Of a stretch of 64,000 nt of DNA, positions 11,058 to 21,132 are shown piece by piece. How positions within the stretch are numbered: position 1 is the first letter of the stretch; each line of letters begins with the position of its first letter. The notes below the pieces were generated by a model. That model did no database searches, had not been told where the DNA came from, and was given only the letters and a program-made list of their open reading frames with translations. A program made the position numbers and the translations under genes. This stretch comes from an uncultured bacterium (GTDB lineage: Bacteria; Chloroflexota; UBA5177; JANWHV01): the NCBI GenBank assembly GCA_963827235.1, contig CAWHAE010000016.1:672001-736000 (forward strand), written 5' to 3'.

Positions 11058-12758
11058 CTACCTTCCGGTCTCGTGGTCGCCGATGGTGCAAACGCCCGCC
11101 GGACAAGTCTTGTCGACAATATGCGCCATGTATTCGTCGCGGAAGTAGCGTAGCGTGCTGAGAATCGGGTTGGGAGCCCCCTGGCCCAAGCCGCAGAGGC
11201 TCGTGTTCCGGACGACGTCGGATAGATCCTCGAGCATTGCCAGATCGTCGAGCGTTGCCTCGAACCTCGTGATCTTGTCCAGCAGTCCGTGCAGATGCGC
11301 GGTGCCAACCCGGCATGGGATGCACTTGCCGCACGATTCCGACATGCAGAACTCCATGAAATATCGCGCGATGTCGACCATGCACGAGGTATCGTCCATG
11401 ACGATCATGCCGCCGGAGCCCATAAAGGAGCCGAGCTGGATCAGCGACCCGTAGTCGACGGGCATGTCGAGATACTCGGCGGGAATGCAGCCACCAGCCG
11501 GTCCGCCCGTCTGCACCGCCTTGAATTCGTGGCCACCCGGCACGCCACCGCCGATATCGTAGATGATGTGGCGGAGCGTGGTGCCCAGCGGCACCTCGAT
11601 CAGGCCGGTATTCGCGATACGTCCGCTCAGCGCGAACGTCTTGGTGCCCTTACTCTTCTCGGTACCGATTTCCGAGAACCAGCCTGCACCCTCGCGCATG
11701 ATCGGCACGATATTGGTGTAGGTCTCCACGTTGTTGATCAGCGTGGGGAAGCCCCAAAGGCCGGACGCAGCGGGGAACGGCGGACGCGGCCGCGGTTGGC
11801 CGCGCTTGCCTTCGATAGAGGCGATCAGGGCGGTTTCCTCGCCGCACACAAATGCGCCGGCGCCCAGCCGAACCTCGACCTTGAAGCTGAATCCGGTGCC
11901 GCCGATGTTCGATCCGAGTAGGCCGTTGCGCTCTGCAAGACGAATGGCGTTTTGCACGCGCTTCACCGCCAGTGGATACTCGGCGCGTACGTATACGTAG
12001 CCCGAATCGGCGCCCACCGCGTAGGCGGCGATCGTCATGCCCTCGAGAACTCGGAAGGGGTAGTCTTCCAGCACGCTGCGGTTCATGAATGCGCCGGGAT
12101 CGCCCTCGTCGGCATTGCACACCACGTATTTGTGGTCGCCCTCGGCCTTTGCGACTGTGCCCCACTTCAGTCCGGTGGGATAGCCGGCGCCGCCTCGGCC
12201 GCGCAGGCCGCTCTTCATGATCTCGTCGATCACCTCGCCCGGCTGAAGTTGGGTGAGAGTGGCGAGCAGCGCTGAATAGCCGCCCACCGCAATGTAGTCC
12301 TCGATGCGTTCCGGGTTGAGCAGGCCGCGCAGCTCGGTCACCACGCGCTTCTGGCCGGTGAAGAAGGGAGATTGCGAATCGCAGCGCAGGCGCTCGACAG
12401 GCTCTCCTACCAGGCTGTCGACGATCGCGGCAGCGTCATCGGCCTGCACGAGCTTGTACATCTCCCCTTCAGGCTGAACGGTCACCAGCGGCGCGTCGGC
12501 ACAATTCCCCTGGCAGCCTCCTGGTGTGACCGCGTAGTCCTGATCCAGACCGCGCTCCTTGACTTCGGCGGTCAGGGCTGCGAGCAACTTGTCGCTTTGG
12601 CACGACTGGCAGGCAGTACCCATGCAGACGAAGACACGCTTCTTTGCTTCGGCCTGCCTTGCCTGCTCCTGTTCGGCAACTTCCTGTAGTTCTTCGGTGC
12701 TGGCAATCGGCCCAGGTCTCGATGCGGCGGCAGCGCCGGCACGTCTTTCAACTGGCAT
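11058..12758 (-). CDS. hoxF: Diaphorase FMN/NAD subunit (NuoF-like) with N-terminal thioredoxin-like 2Fe-2S domain
   Basis: GLRGRGGAGYPTGLKW, CNADEGDPGA, GAGAFVCGEETA, ESCGKCIPCRVG, LCGLG. Confidence 0.93.
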   Translation of the reverse strand: MPVERRAGAAAASRPGPIASTEELQEVAEQEQARQAEAKKRVFVCMGTACQSCQSDKLLAALTAEVKERGLDQDYAVTPGGCQGNCADAPLVTVQPEGEMYKLVQADDAAAIVDSLVGEPVERLRCDSQSPFFTGQKRVVTELRGLLNPERIEDYIAVGGYSALLATLTQLQPGEVIDEIMKSGLRGRGGAGYPTGLKWGTVAKAEGDHKYVVCNADEGDPGAFMNRSVLEDYPFRVLEGMTIAAYAVGADSGYVYVRAEYPLAVKRVQNAIRLAERNGLLGSNIGGTGFSFKVEVRLGAGAFVCGEETALIASIEGKRGQPRPRPPFPAASGLWGFPTLINNVETYTNIVPIMREGAGWFSEIGTEKSKGTKTFALSGRIANTGLIEVPLGTTLRHIIYDIGGGVPGGHEFKAVQTGGPAGGCIPAEYLDMPVDYGSLIQLGSFMGSGGMIVMDDTSCMVDIARYFMEFCMSESCGKCIPCRVGTAHLHGLLDKITRFEATLDDLAMLEDLSDVVRNTSLCGLGQGAPNPILSTLRYFRDEYMAHIVDKTCPAGVCTIGDHETGR

Positions 12759-13272
12759 CGCCGGTCCATTCCGCTAAGCGTGCCTTGGCCTCGTCGGGGG
12801 ACACATTACCGGCCACCTGGCCGTCGAAAATGACGGCAGGAGCGATGCCGCAGGCCCCAAGGCATCGCGCGGTAAGCACCGACACTTTCTTATCTTCGGT
12901 GGTCTCACCCGGCTTGACGCCTGTCGCGTCGGCAATGGCCGAGATGAGCTTCGGCGCGCCCTTGATGTAGCAGGCCGTGCCCATGCACACGATACAGGTG
13001 TGCTCGCCTTCCGGTTTCATGCGGAAAAGACTGTAGAACGTCGCCACGCCGTATGCCTTGCTCAGGGGGATCCTGAGGCTACGGGCGACGAAGCTCAGGG
13101 TCGGCTCATCCAGAAAGCCGAACGCTTCCTGCGCGCTGTGCAACGTCTCGATCAAGGCACTTGCCGCGTAACCATGGCGCCGCATCGTCGTGCTTACAAT
13201 ACGCCAACGCTTGTCGTCCGTCGGCGGCAAAATGGTCTTCGGCTCGCTGGGCAGTGCTAGTAAACCTGGCAT
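12748..13272 (-). CDS. hoxE: Diaphorase 2Fe-2S subunit (NuoE-like)
   Basis: DKRW, LIETLH, GVATFY, CMGTAC, RCLGACGIAP; ATG at 13272 chosen, exact start uncertain. Confidence 0.9.
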   Translation of the reverse strand: MPGLLALPSEPKTILPPTDDKRWRIVSTTMRRHGYAASALIETLHSAQEAFGFLDEPTLSFVARSLRIPLSKAYGVATFYSLFRMKPEGEHTCIVCMGTACYIKGAPKLISAIADATGVKPGETTEDKKVSVLTARCLGACGIAPAVIFDGQVAGNVSPDEAKARLAEWTGDAS

Positions 13273-13943
13273 ATCCCGTGTCAACCATCCATTTCCGTGC
13301 AAACTCTGCCAACCCGCGATACGAGGGCAACCCGGTAAGCCATACGGACTGTAGGCTCCAGACGCCGGCACCCCGAAGGCGCCAGTGCCGCGTCACCGTG
13401 GCACGCGCGAGCCGCGACCCGAAGCCGGTCTGCCCTGCTCTTACGCTGTATCCTCAGACTTCCTGCTTGATCCCTCTCTGCTCGACATCGGCGCCTCTGT
13501 GCTTAACGCCAGTATCCTGGGCTCCGCGATCAGGCTGAGAATCCCATGCTGAGTGTAGCCCTGCTGTGTGTCCCGCGGACTAGGGTACTTCGGTGAACGG
13601 CTATGCGCCGAACGTCACTAACAGCTAATGCAACCGGCGTGATCATATCACGACCCGACTGCCCTTCGGCGATTCCCGGCTCTGCCTCTGCCGCGACCCC
13701 GGGCATCATCGCACACCTTCGGCAACCCGGGACCAAGCAGCCTGAGGGTCATTTCTCCGTAGCCGTTCCGCGCAGGTATATTGAACCATGCGGATGCCGG
13801 TGTCGTGGAAACCGCCCCAAGGTCCAGCCACTGTTCTGGCAATACGCGACCACGTGGTGATCCAAGCACAAGCCGATGCCAGTGGCTAAACCGTCACGTG
13901 AGGCGTCACAACGTGCGCCACGCGTGCACCTGTGGAGTCAACG

Positions 13944-15320
13944 ATGACAAGCGCACATGATTGGGCGCAGTCCTTGCGCGTAGCGATTATCGGATCCGGA
14001 CCGTCCGGCCTCTACGCCGCCGAAGCACTGACCAGGCAGAATGACGTTCCGGTCAGCATTGATGTTTTCGATCGTCTGCCCACGCCCTACGGTCTGGTCA
14101 GGTACGGCGTCGCCCCCGATCATCAGCGAATCAAGGACGTGACGAAGGCGCTGCAGCGAATTCTCGAGCACTCGAGCGTCCGCTTTCTCGGCAACGTCGT
14201 GTGCGGGCGCGACCTCTCGCACACCGAGCTCCGGCGGTTCTACGACGCCGTGATCTACGCCGTAGGAGCGTCCACTGATCGCTCCCTCAACATACCCGGC
14301 GAGAACCTGGCCGGAAGTGTCTCTGCCACGAAGTTTGTCTCCTGGTACAACAGCCATCCGGATTGGTCGGCAATCTCGATGGAAGTGGATGCCCAGGGCG
14401 TGGCGGTGATCGGCATCGGCAACGTGGCAATCGACGTGACCCGCGTGCTGGCCAAGACGTATGACGAGTTGAAGGCTACCGACATTGCGCCATATGCCCT
14501 CGACGTGCTCAAGGAGAGCCCTGTCACGGACATCCACCTCCTTGGACGCCGTGGTCCCGCGCAGGCGAAATTCTCCACCAAGGAGCTGAAGGACCTGACC
14601 CAGCTCGAAGCAGCGGACCTGGTGGTACGGCCCGAAGAAGTCGAGCTGTCGGATGCGGAGATGGACGCGATCACGGATGCGACGGCGCGCCGCAACGTCG
14701 AGGTACTTCGCGAGCTCGCCGACCGACCGCTATCCGGTAAGCCGCGCCGGATTCACTTGCGCTTCCTGGTCTCGCCGGTGGAGATCCTCGGTGACGGAAG
14801 CGTCGAGGGCTTGCGCATCGAGCGGAACCGGCTTGACGAGCGGAACCGGGCCGTGGGCACAGGCGTCTATGAGACGTTGCCGGTACAGATGGTCTTGCGT
14901 TCGGTCGGGTATAAGGGCGAACCGCTGGCCGGTGTCCCTTTCGACCATCGAATGGGCGTCATTCCCAACGATGGCAGCCATGTGCTGCGGCATGGGGAGA
15001 TCGTTCCCGGCGAGTACGTGACCGGCTGGATCAAGAGTGGACCCGTCGGTGTGATCGGCACGAACAAGCCGTTCTCGGCGGAGACCGTGCGCCAGCTGCT
15101 ACATGACGCGCCGTGCCTGCCGCGGGCCGCAGTACGCGACCCGGAAGCAGTTACCGCATTACTCGATGAACGCGGAGTGGCCTATGTCACCATGGATCAG
15201 TGGCTGGCGCTCGACAAGCACGAGACGGAGCTAGGCGTGGCACAGGGCCGGCCGCGCGTCAAAGTGCACAATCTCGGCTCGATGCTGACCGTCTCGCGTC
15301 GCGAATCTATGCTGAGCTGA
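13944..15320 (+). CDS. Ferredoxin--NADP+ reductase, FprA/adrenodoxin-reductase type
   Basis: IIGSGPSG, PYGLVRYGVAPDH, GIGNVAIDV, GRRG, GWIKSGPVGVIGTN. Confidence 0.88.
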   Translation: MTSAHDWAQSLRVAIIGSGPSGLYAAEALTRQNDVPVSIDVFDRLPTPYGLVRYGVAPDHQRIKDVTKALQRILEHSSVRFLGNVVCGRDLSHTELRRFYDAVIYAVGASTDRSLNIPGENLAGSVSATKFVSWYNSHPDWSAISMEVDAQGVAVIGIGNVAIDVTRVLAKTYDELKATDIAPYALDVLKESPVTDIHLLGRRGPAQAKFSTKELKDLTQLEAADLVVRPEEVELSDAEMDAITDATARRNVEVLRELADRPLSGKPRRIHLRFLVSPVEILGDGSVEGLRIERNRLDERNRAVGTGVYETLPVQMVLRSVGYKGEPLAGVPFDHRMGVIPNDGSHVLRHGEIVPGEYVTGWIKSGPVGVIGTNKPFSAETVRQLLHDAPCLPRAAVRDPEAVTALLDERGVAYVTMDQWLALDKHETELGVAQGRPRVKVHNLGSMLTVSRRESMLS

Positions 15321-15382
15321 GAGCCGGCAGAGAGCGGCGCCGGCGTCTGCCCGCGGCGGCACAGGCAGCATGTAGCGCAGGG

Positions 15383-15400
15383 TAGTGACCTTCGGCCCTC
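15383..15400. promoter_or_regulatory. DosR/NarL-like box upstream of nifJ
   Basis: TAGTGACCTTCGGCCCTC. Confidence 0.4.
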
Positions 15401-15504
15401 TTTGATCCCCCCTTTCTCCCCTGACCGTTCGATCCATGGCATTTGTACCCTCAAACATGGAGTCGCCGCTGCTCCAGTGGAGCTGAAGATCGCGGTAAAG
15501 TGTG

Positions 15505-15522
15505 TAGGGCGTGTCGTCCCTA
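15505..15522. promoter_or_regulatory. Second DosR/NarL-like box upstream of nifJ
   Basis: TAGGGCGTGTCGTCCCTA, palindromic ends TAGGG/CCCTA. Confidence 0.4.
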
Positions 15523-15608
15523 TCGCCTGGCCCGTTTCTGTGGAGGCCGGGCGCGATCAGCGACGAGTATAAGCGCCACGGACCAGCACAGTGACGGAGA
15601 AGGAATCA

Positions 15609-18600
15609 ATGAAGGGTCACGTCGTACCCATCGATGGCAATGAGGCGGTCGCATCTGTCGCCTACCGGCTCAGCGACGTCATCGCCATCTATCCGATCAC
15701 GCCGTCGTCGAACATGGGCGAGTGGGCAGACGAGTGGGCTGCCAAGGGCGTAAAGAATCTCTGGGGCACGGTTCCCTCGGTCGTCGAGATGCAAAGCGAG
15801 GGTGGCGCGGCAGGCGCGGTCCACGGCGCGCTGCAAACCGGTGCCCTGGCTACCACGTTTACGGCGTCGCAGGGCTTGCTCCTGATGATTCCTAACATGT
15901 ACAAGATCGCCGGCGAGCTGACGCCCGCCGTCTTCCACGTCTCCGCGCGCTCTCTCGCTGTGCAGGCGCTGTCCATCTTCGGCGATCACGGCGACGTGAT
16001 GGCGACGCGGCAGACCGGATGGGCGCTTCTCGCGTCCGCGTCCGTACAGGAGGCCCAGGATCTGGCGCTGATCGCCCATCGCTCCACGCTGGAAGCGCGC
16101 ATTCCATTCCTGCATTTCTTTGATGGCTTCCGCACGTCGCACGAGGTGGCAACCATCACGCCGCTGGAGAGCGAGCAGATACGCAGCCTGATCGACGACA
16201 AGCTGGTGCTCTCGCATCGCGCTCGCGGTCTTTCGCCGGACCATCCGGTCCTGCGCGGAACCGCTCAGAACCCGGACGTCGCCTTCCAGGGTCGCGAGAC
16301 GGTGAACTCCTACTACACCGAGTGCCCGGATATCGTCGCGCACGCAATGGACAAGTTCGCGCGTGTCACCGGTCGACGATACAACCTGTTCGACTACACG
16401 GGCGCTCCCGATGCCGAGCGCGTGATCGTGATCATGGGATCCGGTGCCGAGGCGGTCCACGAGACTGTCGACTACCTGGTCGAGCACGGTGAGAAGGTCG
16501 GCGTCGTCAAGGTTCGCCTGTACCGCCCGTTCGACGTCAAGCGCTTCATGGAGGCGCTCCCGGCCACGACCAAGGTGCTCGGCGTGCTCGATCGCACCAA
16601 GGAGCCGGGCTCCGCCGGCGAGCCGCTGTATATGGACGTTATCACCGCCCTATATGAAGGCCTGGAGAAGGGCTGGGGCGCGCTGAAGTCCATGCCAGCC
16701 GTGATCGGCGGCCGCTATGGTCTGTCCTCCAAGGACTTCAACCCTGCCATGATCAAGGGCGTGTTCGATAACCTCGCCCTGGGCCAGCCAAAGAACCACT
16801 TTACGATCGGCATCGTCGACGACGTGACCCACACCAGCGTGCCCTACGATCCCGACTTCTCCGTGGAACCGGATAGTGTGGTGCGTGCCCTGTTTTACGG
16901 CCTGGGCTCGGACGGCACTGTAGGCGCAAACAAGAACTCGATCAAGATCATCGGCGACGACACCGACAACTACGCGCAGGGCTACTTCGTCTATGATTCC
17001 AAGAAGTCCGGCACGCTGACCGTGTCCCACCTGCGCTTCGGCAAGAACCCCATCCGATCCACGTACCTTGTGGACAAGGCGCAGTTCGTCGCCTGCCATC
17101 AGCCGGTGTTCCTCGAGCGGTATGAGGTCCTCCGCTACATCATGGAGGGAGGCACCTTCCTTCTCAACACATCGTACAGCTCGGACGAAGTCTGGGAGCA
17201 CTTGCCGCGTTCCATTCAGACCGCGATTGTGGACAAGAAACTGGCGTTCTACGTCATCGACGGCACGACGGTCGCTCGTTCCGCCGGCATGGCCGGCCGC
17301 GTCAACACCATCATGCAGACCTGCTTCTTCGCCATCTCGAACGTGCTGCCGCGGGACGAGGCCATCGCCGCGATCAAGAAATCCGTGGTGAAAACGTACG
17401 GCAGAAAGGGCGACGACATCGTTCAGATGAACATGCGCGCCATCGACAGCACCCTGGAAAACCTACACAGGGTCCAGGTTCCCGATCAGGTGGACAGCAC
17501 GTTCGACCTGGTGCCGCCGGTCCCGGCGCAAGCGCCACGATTCGTGCGTGACGTGCTTGGCCCGATGATTGCGTACCGCGGCGACGACGTGCCGGTCAGC
17601 AAGATGCCGGTTGACGGCACGTTCCCAACGGGTACCACGAAGTGGGAGAAACGCAACCTTGCCCTCGACATCCCGGTCTGGGAAGCCGATATCTGCATCC
17701 AGTGCGGCAAGTGCGCCATGGTCTGCCCCCACGCCGTCATCCGCATCAAGAGCTACCCGGAGACCAGCCTGCAGGGCGCTCCGGCGACGTTCAAAGCCGT
17801 CAATACCCGCGACAAGGAATATATCGGCCAGAAATACACGATTCAGGTGGCTCCCGAGGACTGCACCGGTTGCGCACTGTGCGTCGAAGTCTGTCCCGCG
17901 AAGAGCAAGACGGAAACGAAGCTCAAGGCGCTGAACATGCGGCCACAGCCTCCTCTTCGCGAGCAGGAGCGGGAGAACTGGGAGTTCTTCGAGACCATTC
18001 CCGAGATGGATCGCCGACTGATCAAGGTGTCGAATATCCGCCAGCAACAGCTCCAGCTCCCGCTCTTCGAGTTCTCGGGCGCTTGCTCGGGATGCGGCGA
18101 GACGCCCTACCTCAAGCTGGTCTCGCAGCTATTCGGCGACAGACTGGTCGTCGCCAACGCCACGGGCTGCTCGTCAATCTACGGGGGCAATCTGCCCACC
18201 ACCCCGTGGGCGGCCAACGCAGACGGCCGCGGCCCGGCATGGTCGAACTCGCTATTCGAGGACAACGCCGAATTCGGCATGGGATTCCGCCTCTCCATCG
18301 ACAAGCAGCAGCAGTTCGCCAAGGAATTGCTCGCCAAGCTGGCGGGTGTGGTGGGTCAGGAGCTGGCGCGCGAGATTCTCGATGCCAATCAGAGCGATGA
18401 AGCCGAGATCTACTCCCAGCGCGAGCGGGTGGCCGAGCTGAAGCAGCGCCTCACCCCCCTCGAGGAACCCGACGCCCGGCACCTGCTGCAAATCGCGGAC
18501 ATGCTCGTACGCAAGAGCGTCTGGATCGTCGGCGGCGACGGCTGGGCGTACGACATCGGCTATGGCGGCCTGGACCACGTGCTCGCCAGCGGGGCGAACG

Positions 18601-19205
18601 TGAAGGTCCTGGTGCTCGATACCGAGGTCTACTCCAACACCGGCGGCCAGCGCTCCAAGGCCACCCCGCGCGGCGCCGTGGCGAAGTTCGCGGCTGGCGG
18701 CAAGCCGAGCGCCAAGAAGGATCTCGGCATGATCGCCATGACCTACGGCAACATCTACGTCGCCAGCGTGGCCATGGGTGCGAAGGACGAGCACACGTTG
18801 AAGGCCTTCCTGGAAGCGGAAGCATACGACGGTCCCGCCCTGATCATTGCCTACTCGCACTGCATCCAGCAGGGCATCATCGACATGTCCGAGGGCTTGC
18901 AGCACCAGAAGGCAGCCGTGGATTCCGGCCAATGGCTCCTGTACCGGTTCAATCCGGATCTGGCGAAGTCTGGCGAAAACCCGCTCATTCTCGATTCCCG
19001 CACGCCCAAGCTGCCGCTCGAGCAGTACATGTATCTGGAAAACCGCTTCAAGATGCTCACTAAGATCGATCCGGAGATGGCCAAGAAGCTGCTCAGCGAG
19101 GCGCAGGACGACGTGCGCAAGCGCTTTGCCTACTACCAGTACCTTGCCACACGGTCCGGCAGCAACGGGAATGGCGTGAAGAGCGCCGCCGAAGCCGTCA
19201 TCTGA
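15609..19205 (+). CDS. nifJ: Pyruvate:ferredoxin (flavodoxin) oxidoreductase, single-chain
   Basis: YPITPS, EMQSEGGAAG, two CxxCxxCxxxCP motifs, GACSGCGE, GGDGWAYDIG TPP motif. Confidence 0.96.
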   Translation: MKGHVVPIDGNEAVASVAYRLSDVIAIYPITPSSNMGEWADEWAAKGVKNLWGTVPSVVEMQSEGGAAGAVHGALQTGALATTFTASQGLLLMIPNMYKIAGELTPAVFHVSARSLAVQALSIFGDHGDVMATRQTGWALLASASVQEAQDLALIAHRSTLEARIPFLHFFDGFRTSHEVATITPLESEQIRSLIDDKLVLSHRARGLSPDHPVLRGTAQNPDVAFQGRETVNSYYTECPDIVAHAMDKFARVTGRRYNLFDYTGAPDAERVIVIMGSGAEAVHETVDYLVEHGEKVGVVKVRLYRPFDVKRFMEALPATTKVLGVLDRTKEPGSAGEPLYMDVITALYEGLEKGWGALKSMPAVIGGRYGLSSKDFNPAMIKGVFDNLALGQPKNHFTIGIVDDVTHTSVPYDPDFSVEPDSVVRALFYGLGSDGTVGANKNSIKIIGDDTDNYAQGYFVYDSKKSGTLTVSHLRFGKNPIRSTYLVDKAQFVACHQPVFLERYEVLRYIMEGGTFLLNTSYSSDEVWEHLPRSIQTAIVDKKLAFYVIDGTTVARSAGMAGRVNTIMQTCFFAISNVLPRDEAIAAIKKSVVKTYGRKGDDIVQMNMRAIDSTLENLHRVQVPDQVDSTFDLVPPVPAQAPRFVRDVLGPMIAYRGDDVPVSKMPVDGTFPTGTTKWEKRNLALDIPVWEADICIQCGKCAMVCPHAVIRIKSYPETSLQGAPATFKAVNTRDKEYIGQKYTIQVAPEDCTGCALCVEVCPAKSKTETKLKALNMRPQPPLREQERENWEFFETIPEMDRRLIKVSNIRQQQLQLPLFEFSGACSGCGETPYLKLVSQLFGDRLVVANATGCSSIYGGNLPTTPWAANADGRGPAWSNSLFEDNAEFGMGFRLSIDKQQQFAKELLAKLAGVVGQELAREILDANQSDEAEIYSQRERVAELKQRLTPLEEPDARHLLQIADMLVRKSVWIVGGDGWAYDIGYGGLDHVLASGANVKVLVLDTEVYSNTGGQRSKATPRGAVAKFAAGGKPSAKKDLGMIAMTYGNIYVASVAMGAKDEHTLKAFLEAEAYDGPALIIAYSHCIQQGIIDMSEGLQHQKAAVDSGQWLLYRFNPDLAKSGENPLILDSRTPKLPLEQYMYLENRFKMLTKIDPEMAKKLLSEAQDDVRKRFAYYQYLATRSGSNGNGVKSAAEAVI

Positions 19206-19386
19206 CTTTGCGCCAGCGGGATGCCCGGACCGCCGGGAATGGCCCCGGGTGTCCCGCCGCACGGCTTGACGGTCAGGCTGACTACTGAGCGTGTCCAATC
19301 GGTGGTCGTCAACGACTGAGTAGCGTGTTGTTCACCCGGGCCCGGGCAATGCCAAGCCCGGCCGACCAAGTGCAAGGGGATCAAGA

Positions 19387-20391
19387 ATGGACCTGACGAC
19401 AGAATATCTAGGACTGAAGCTCCGCACTCCGCTGGTGCCTTCGGCGTCGCCTCTCTCCGAAGATCTGGGTACGATCAAGCGCCTCGAGGATGCGGGCGCG
19501 TCTGCGGTGGTACTCTTCTCGCTCTTCGAGGAAGAGCTGCTTCGCGATCAGCTCTCGATCGATGCCTCCCTCTCAATGACCGAGAACGTCTCGGCGGAAG
19601 CGATCAGCGGCTTCGCCGGCCTGGAGCGCGAGTTCCGAGTGGGACCGGAAGGCTACCTGAACCATATCCGCAAGGCGAAGGAGTCGGTAGGCATCCCGAT
19701 TATTGCCAGCCTCAACGGCCGATCGGTCGGCGGCTGGACGGACTACGCGAAGCAGATCCAGCAGGCAGGCGCCGATGCGCTCGAGCTCAACATTTACAAC
19801 ATTCCCACCGACCCCGCCATATCGAGCGAGGCAGTAGAAGCCGGCTATCTGAACGTCGTCAAATCCGTCAAGAGCGCGGTCAGCATACCGGTCGCCGTGA
19901 AGCTAAGCCCGTTCTTCAGCAACATGGCGTCGGTCGCGAAGAAGCTGGACGATGCCGGCGCGAATTCGCTGGTGCTTTTCAATCGCTTTTACCAGCCCGA
20001 TATCGACCTCGACGAGCTGGAGGTAAAGCCCAACCTGCTGCTCAGCACGCCGCAGGCGATGCGCCTTCCGCTCACCTGGGTGGGCATCCTGTACGGCCGC
20101 GTACGGGCAGATCTGGCTGCCACCGGCGGTATTCACACCGCGCACGACGTGCTCAAGATGCTCATGGTCGGCTCCAAGGTCACTATGCTCTGCTCGGCGC
20201 TGCTGCAGCATGGAGTCAACCACCTCAGCACGGTAGAGAAGGGTCTCGTGTACTGGATGGAAGAACACGAGTACGAGTCCGTCAAGCAGATGCAGGGCAG
20301 CATCAGCCAGATCAAGGCTGCTGATCCTTCGGCCTTCGAGCGGGCTCAATATATCAAGACAATCAAAGGCTTCAAGAACTTCGCGCTCTAG
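19387..20391 (+). CDS. Dihydroorotate-dehydrogenase-like FMN protein
   Basis: DLTTEYLGLKLRTP, SLFEE, ADALELNIY, VAVKLSP, LFNRFYQPD, ATGG. Confidence 0.85.
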   Translation: MDLTTEYLGLKLRTPLVPSASPLSEDLGTIKRLEDAGASAVVLFSLFEEELLRDQLSIDASLSMTENVSAEAISGFAGLEREFRVGPEGYLNHIRKAKESVGIPIIASLNGRSVGGWTDYAKQIQQAGADALELNIYNIPTDPAISSEAVEAGYLNVVKSVKSAVSIPVAVKLSPFFSNMASVAKKLDDAGANSLVLFNRFYQPDIDLDELEVKPNLLLSTPQAMRLPLTWVGILYGRVRADLAATGGIHTAHDVLKMLMVGSKVTMLCSALLQHGVNHLSTVEKGLVYWMEEHEYESVKQMQGSISQIKAADPSAFERAQYIKTIKGFKNFAL

Positions 20392-20695
20392 GAGTGTTGC
20401 CCAGGTCGTCCTGAGTCACTTTGCCAATCCGAGCTGGGGCGATCTGCCGGCAGCCGGGTGCCTATTGATACCGTGCCGACATTCGCCGACTTGCACGGCA
20501 CCGAGCCCGTAGGCTGTACCCAAATCGAACGTGAAGGTGCCTATACTCTGCAAGTAGTCTGTGGAACCTCGCACTGTTTGCGTAGAGGCCCGGCGAGCAT
20601 GCTCGCCGGGCCTCTCGCCGCCTTGCCCGTCGCCGCTCTCAGCGCGTCCCGTTTCTCAGCTCGTCACGCCGGCCTCGCGCCGCGACGGGTGTAGG

Positions 20696-20887
20696 TCACC
20701 TGGCCACGGAGCGGCCGACGGGTGCGGCCAGCGGCGATTCCATTTTTGCGACGAGCCCGCCGAGCCGCCGGTCCTTCAGGGCCGACTTGGCCTCGCCGTT
20801 CTTGCGCGGCTGGGTAGCCTGGACGAGCCACTCCATGTCAAGCAAGGCGAGCAGGTCCTCATCGTGGTTGAGCACGACGAACTCCAT
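20696..20887 (-). CDS. Small hypothetical protein (63 aa)
   Basis: GAAGGA RBS before ATG 20887; MEFVVLNHDEDLLALLDMEWL looks protein-like. Confidence 0.45.
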   Translation of the reverse strand: MEFVVLNHDEDLLALLDMEWLVQATQPRKNGEAKSALKDRRLGGLVAKMESPLAAPVGRSVAR

Positions 20888-21132
20888 GGGTGTCCTTCTG
20901 TTCGATTCCATGCGATCTGCCCTGCCTTTCGCGACGGCTTGACTGCTTCACCGCGGCCCATTTGCACATTCTACTACGTCAAGTGCCGGATTGCACGCAG
21001 GCGGCGATATCTCCGACAGGAGTGGTGGGCGTACCGGAGATACGGAGTGAAGGCGTATACTAACGTGCCGTGCCTGCGATCGAATTGCGACCGACCCGAG
21101 CCGGCGGGATAGCACACGGCGGAGGAAGAACA

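Noticed and set aside
13495-13531. Loose similarity to 38310-38343 (ctctgt..ctta..gtatcct..tccgc)
   Set aside because: Short and gapped; could be a shared promoter but is not distinguishable from chance by eye
13619-13633. CGTGATCATATCACG as a Crp/Fnr site (also CGTGAGGCGTCACA near 13897)
   Set aside because: Half-site spacing does not fit TGTGA-N6-TCACA or TTGAT-N4-ATCAA
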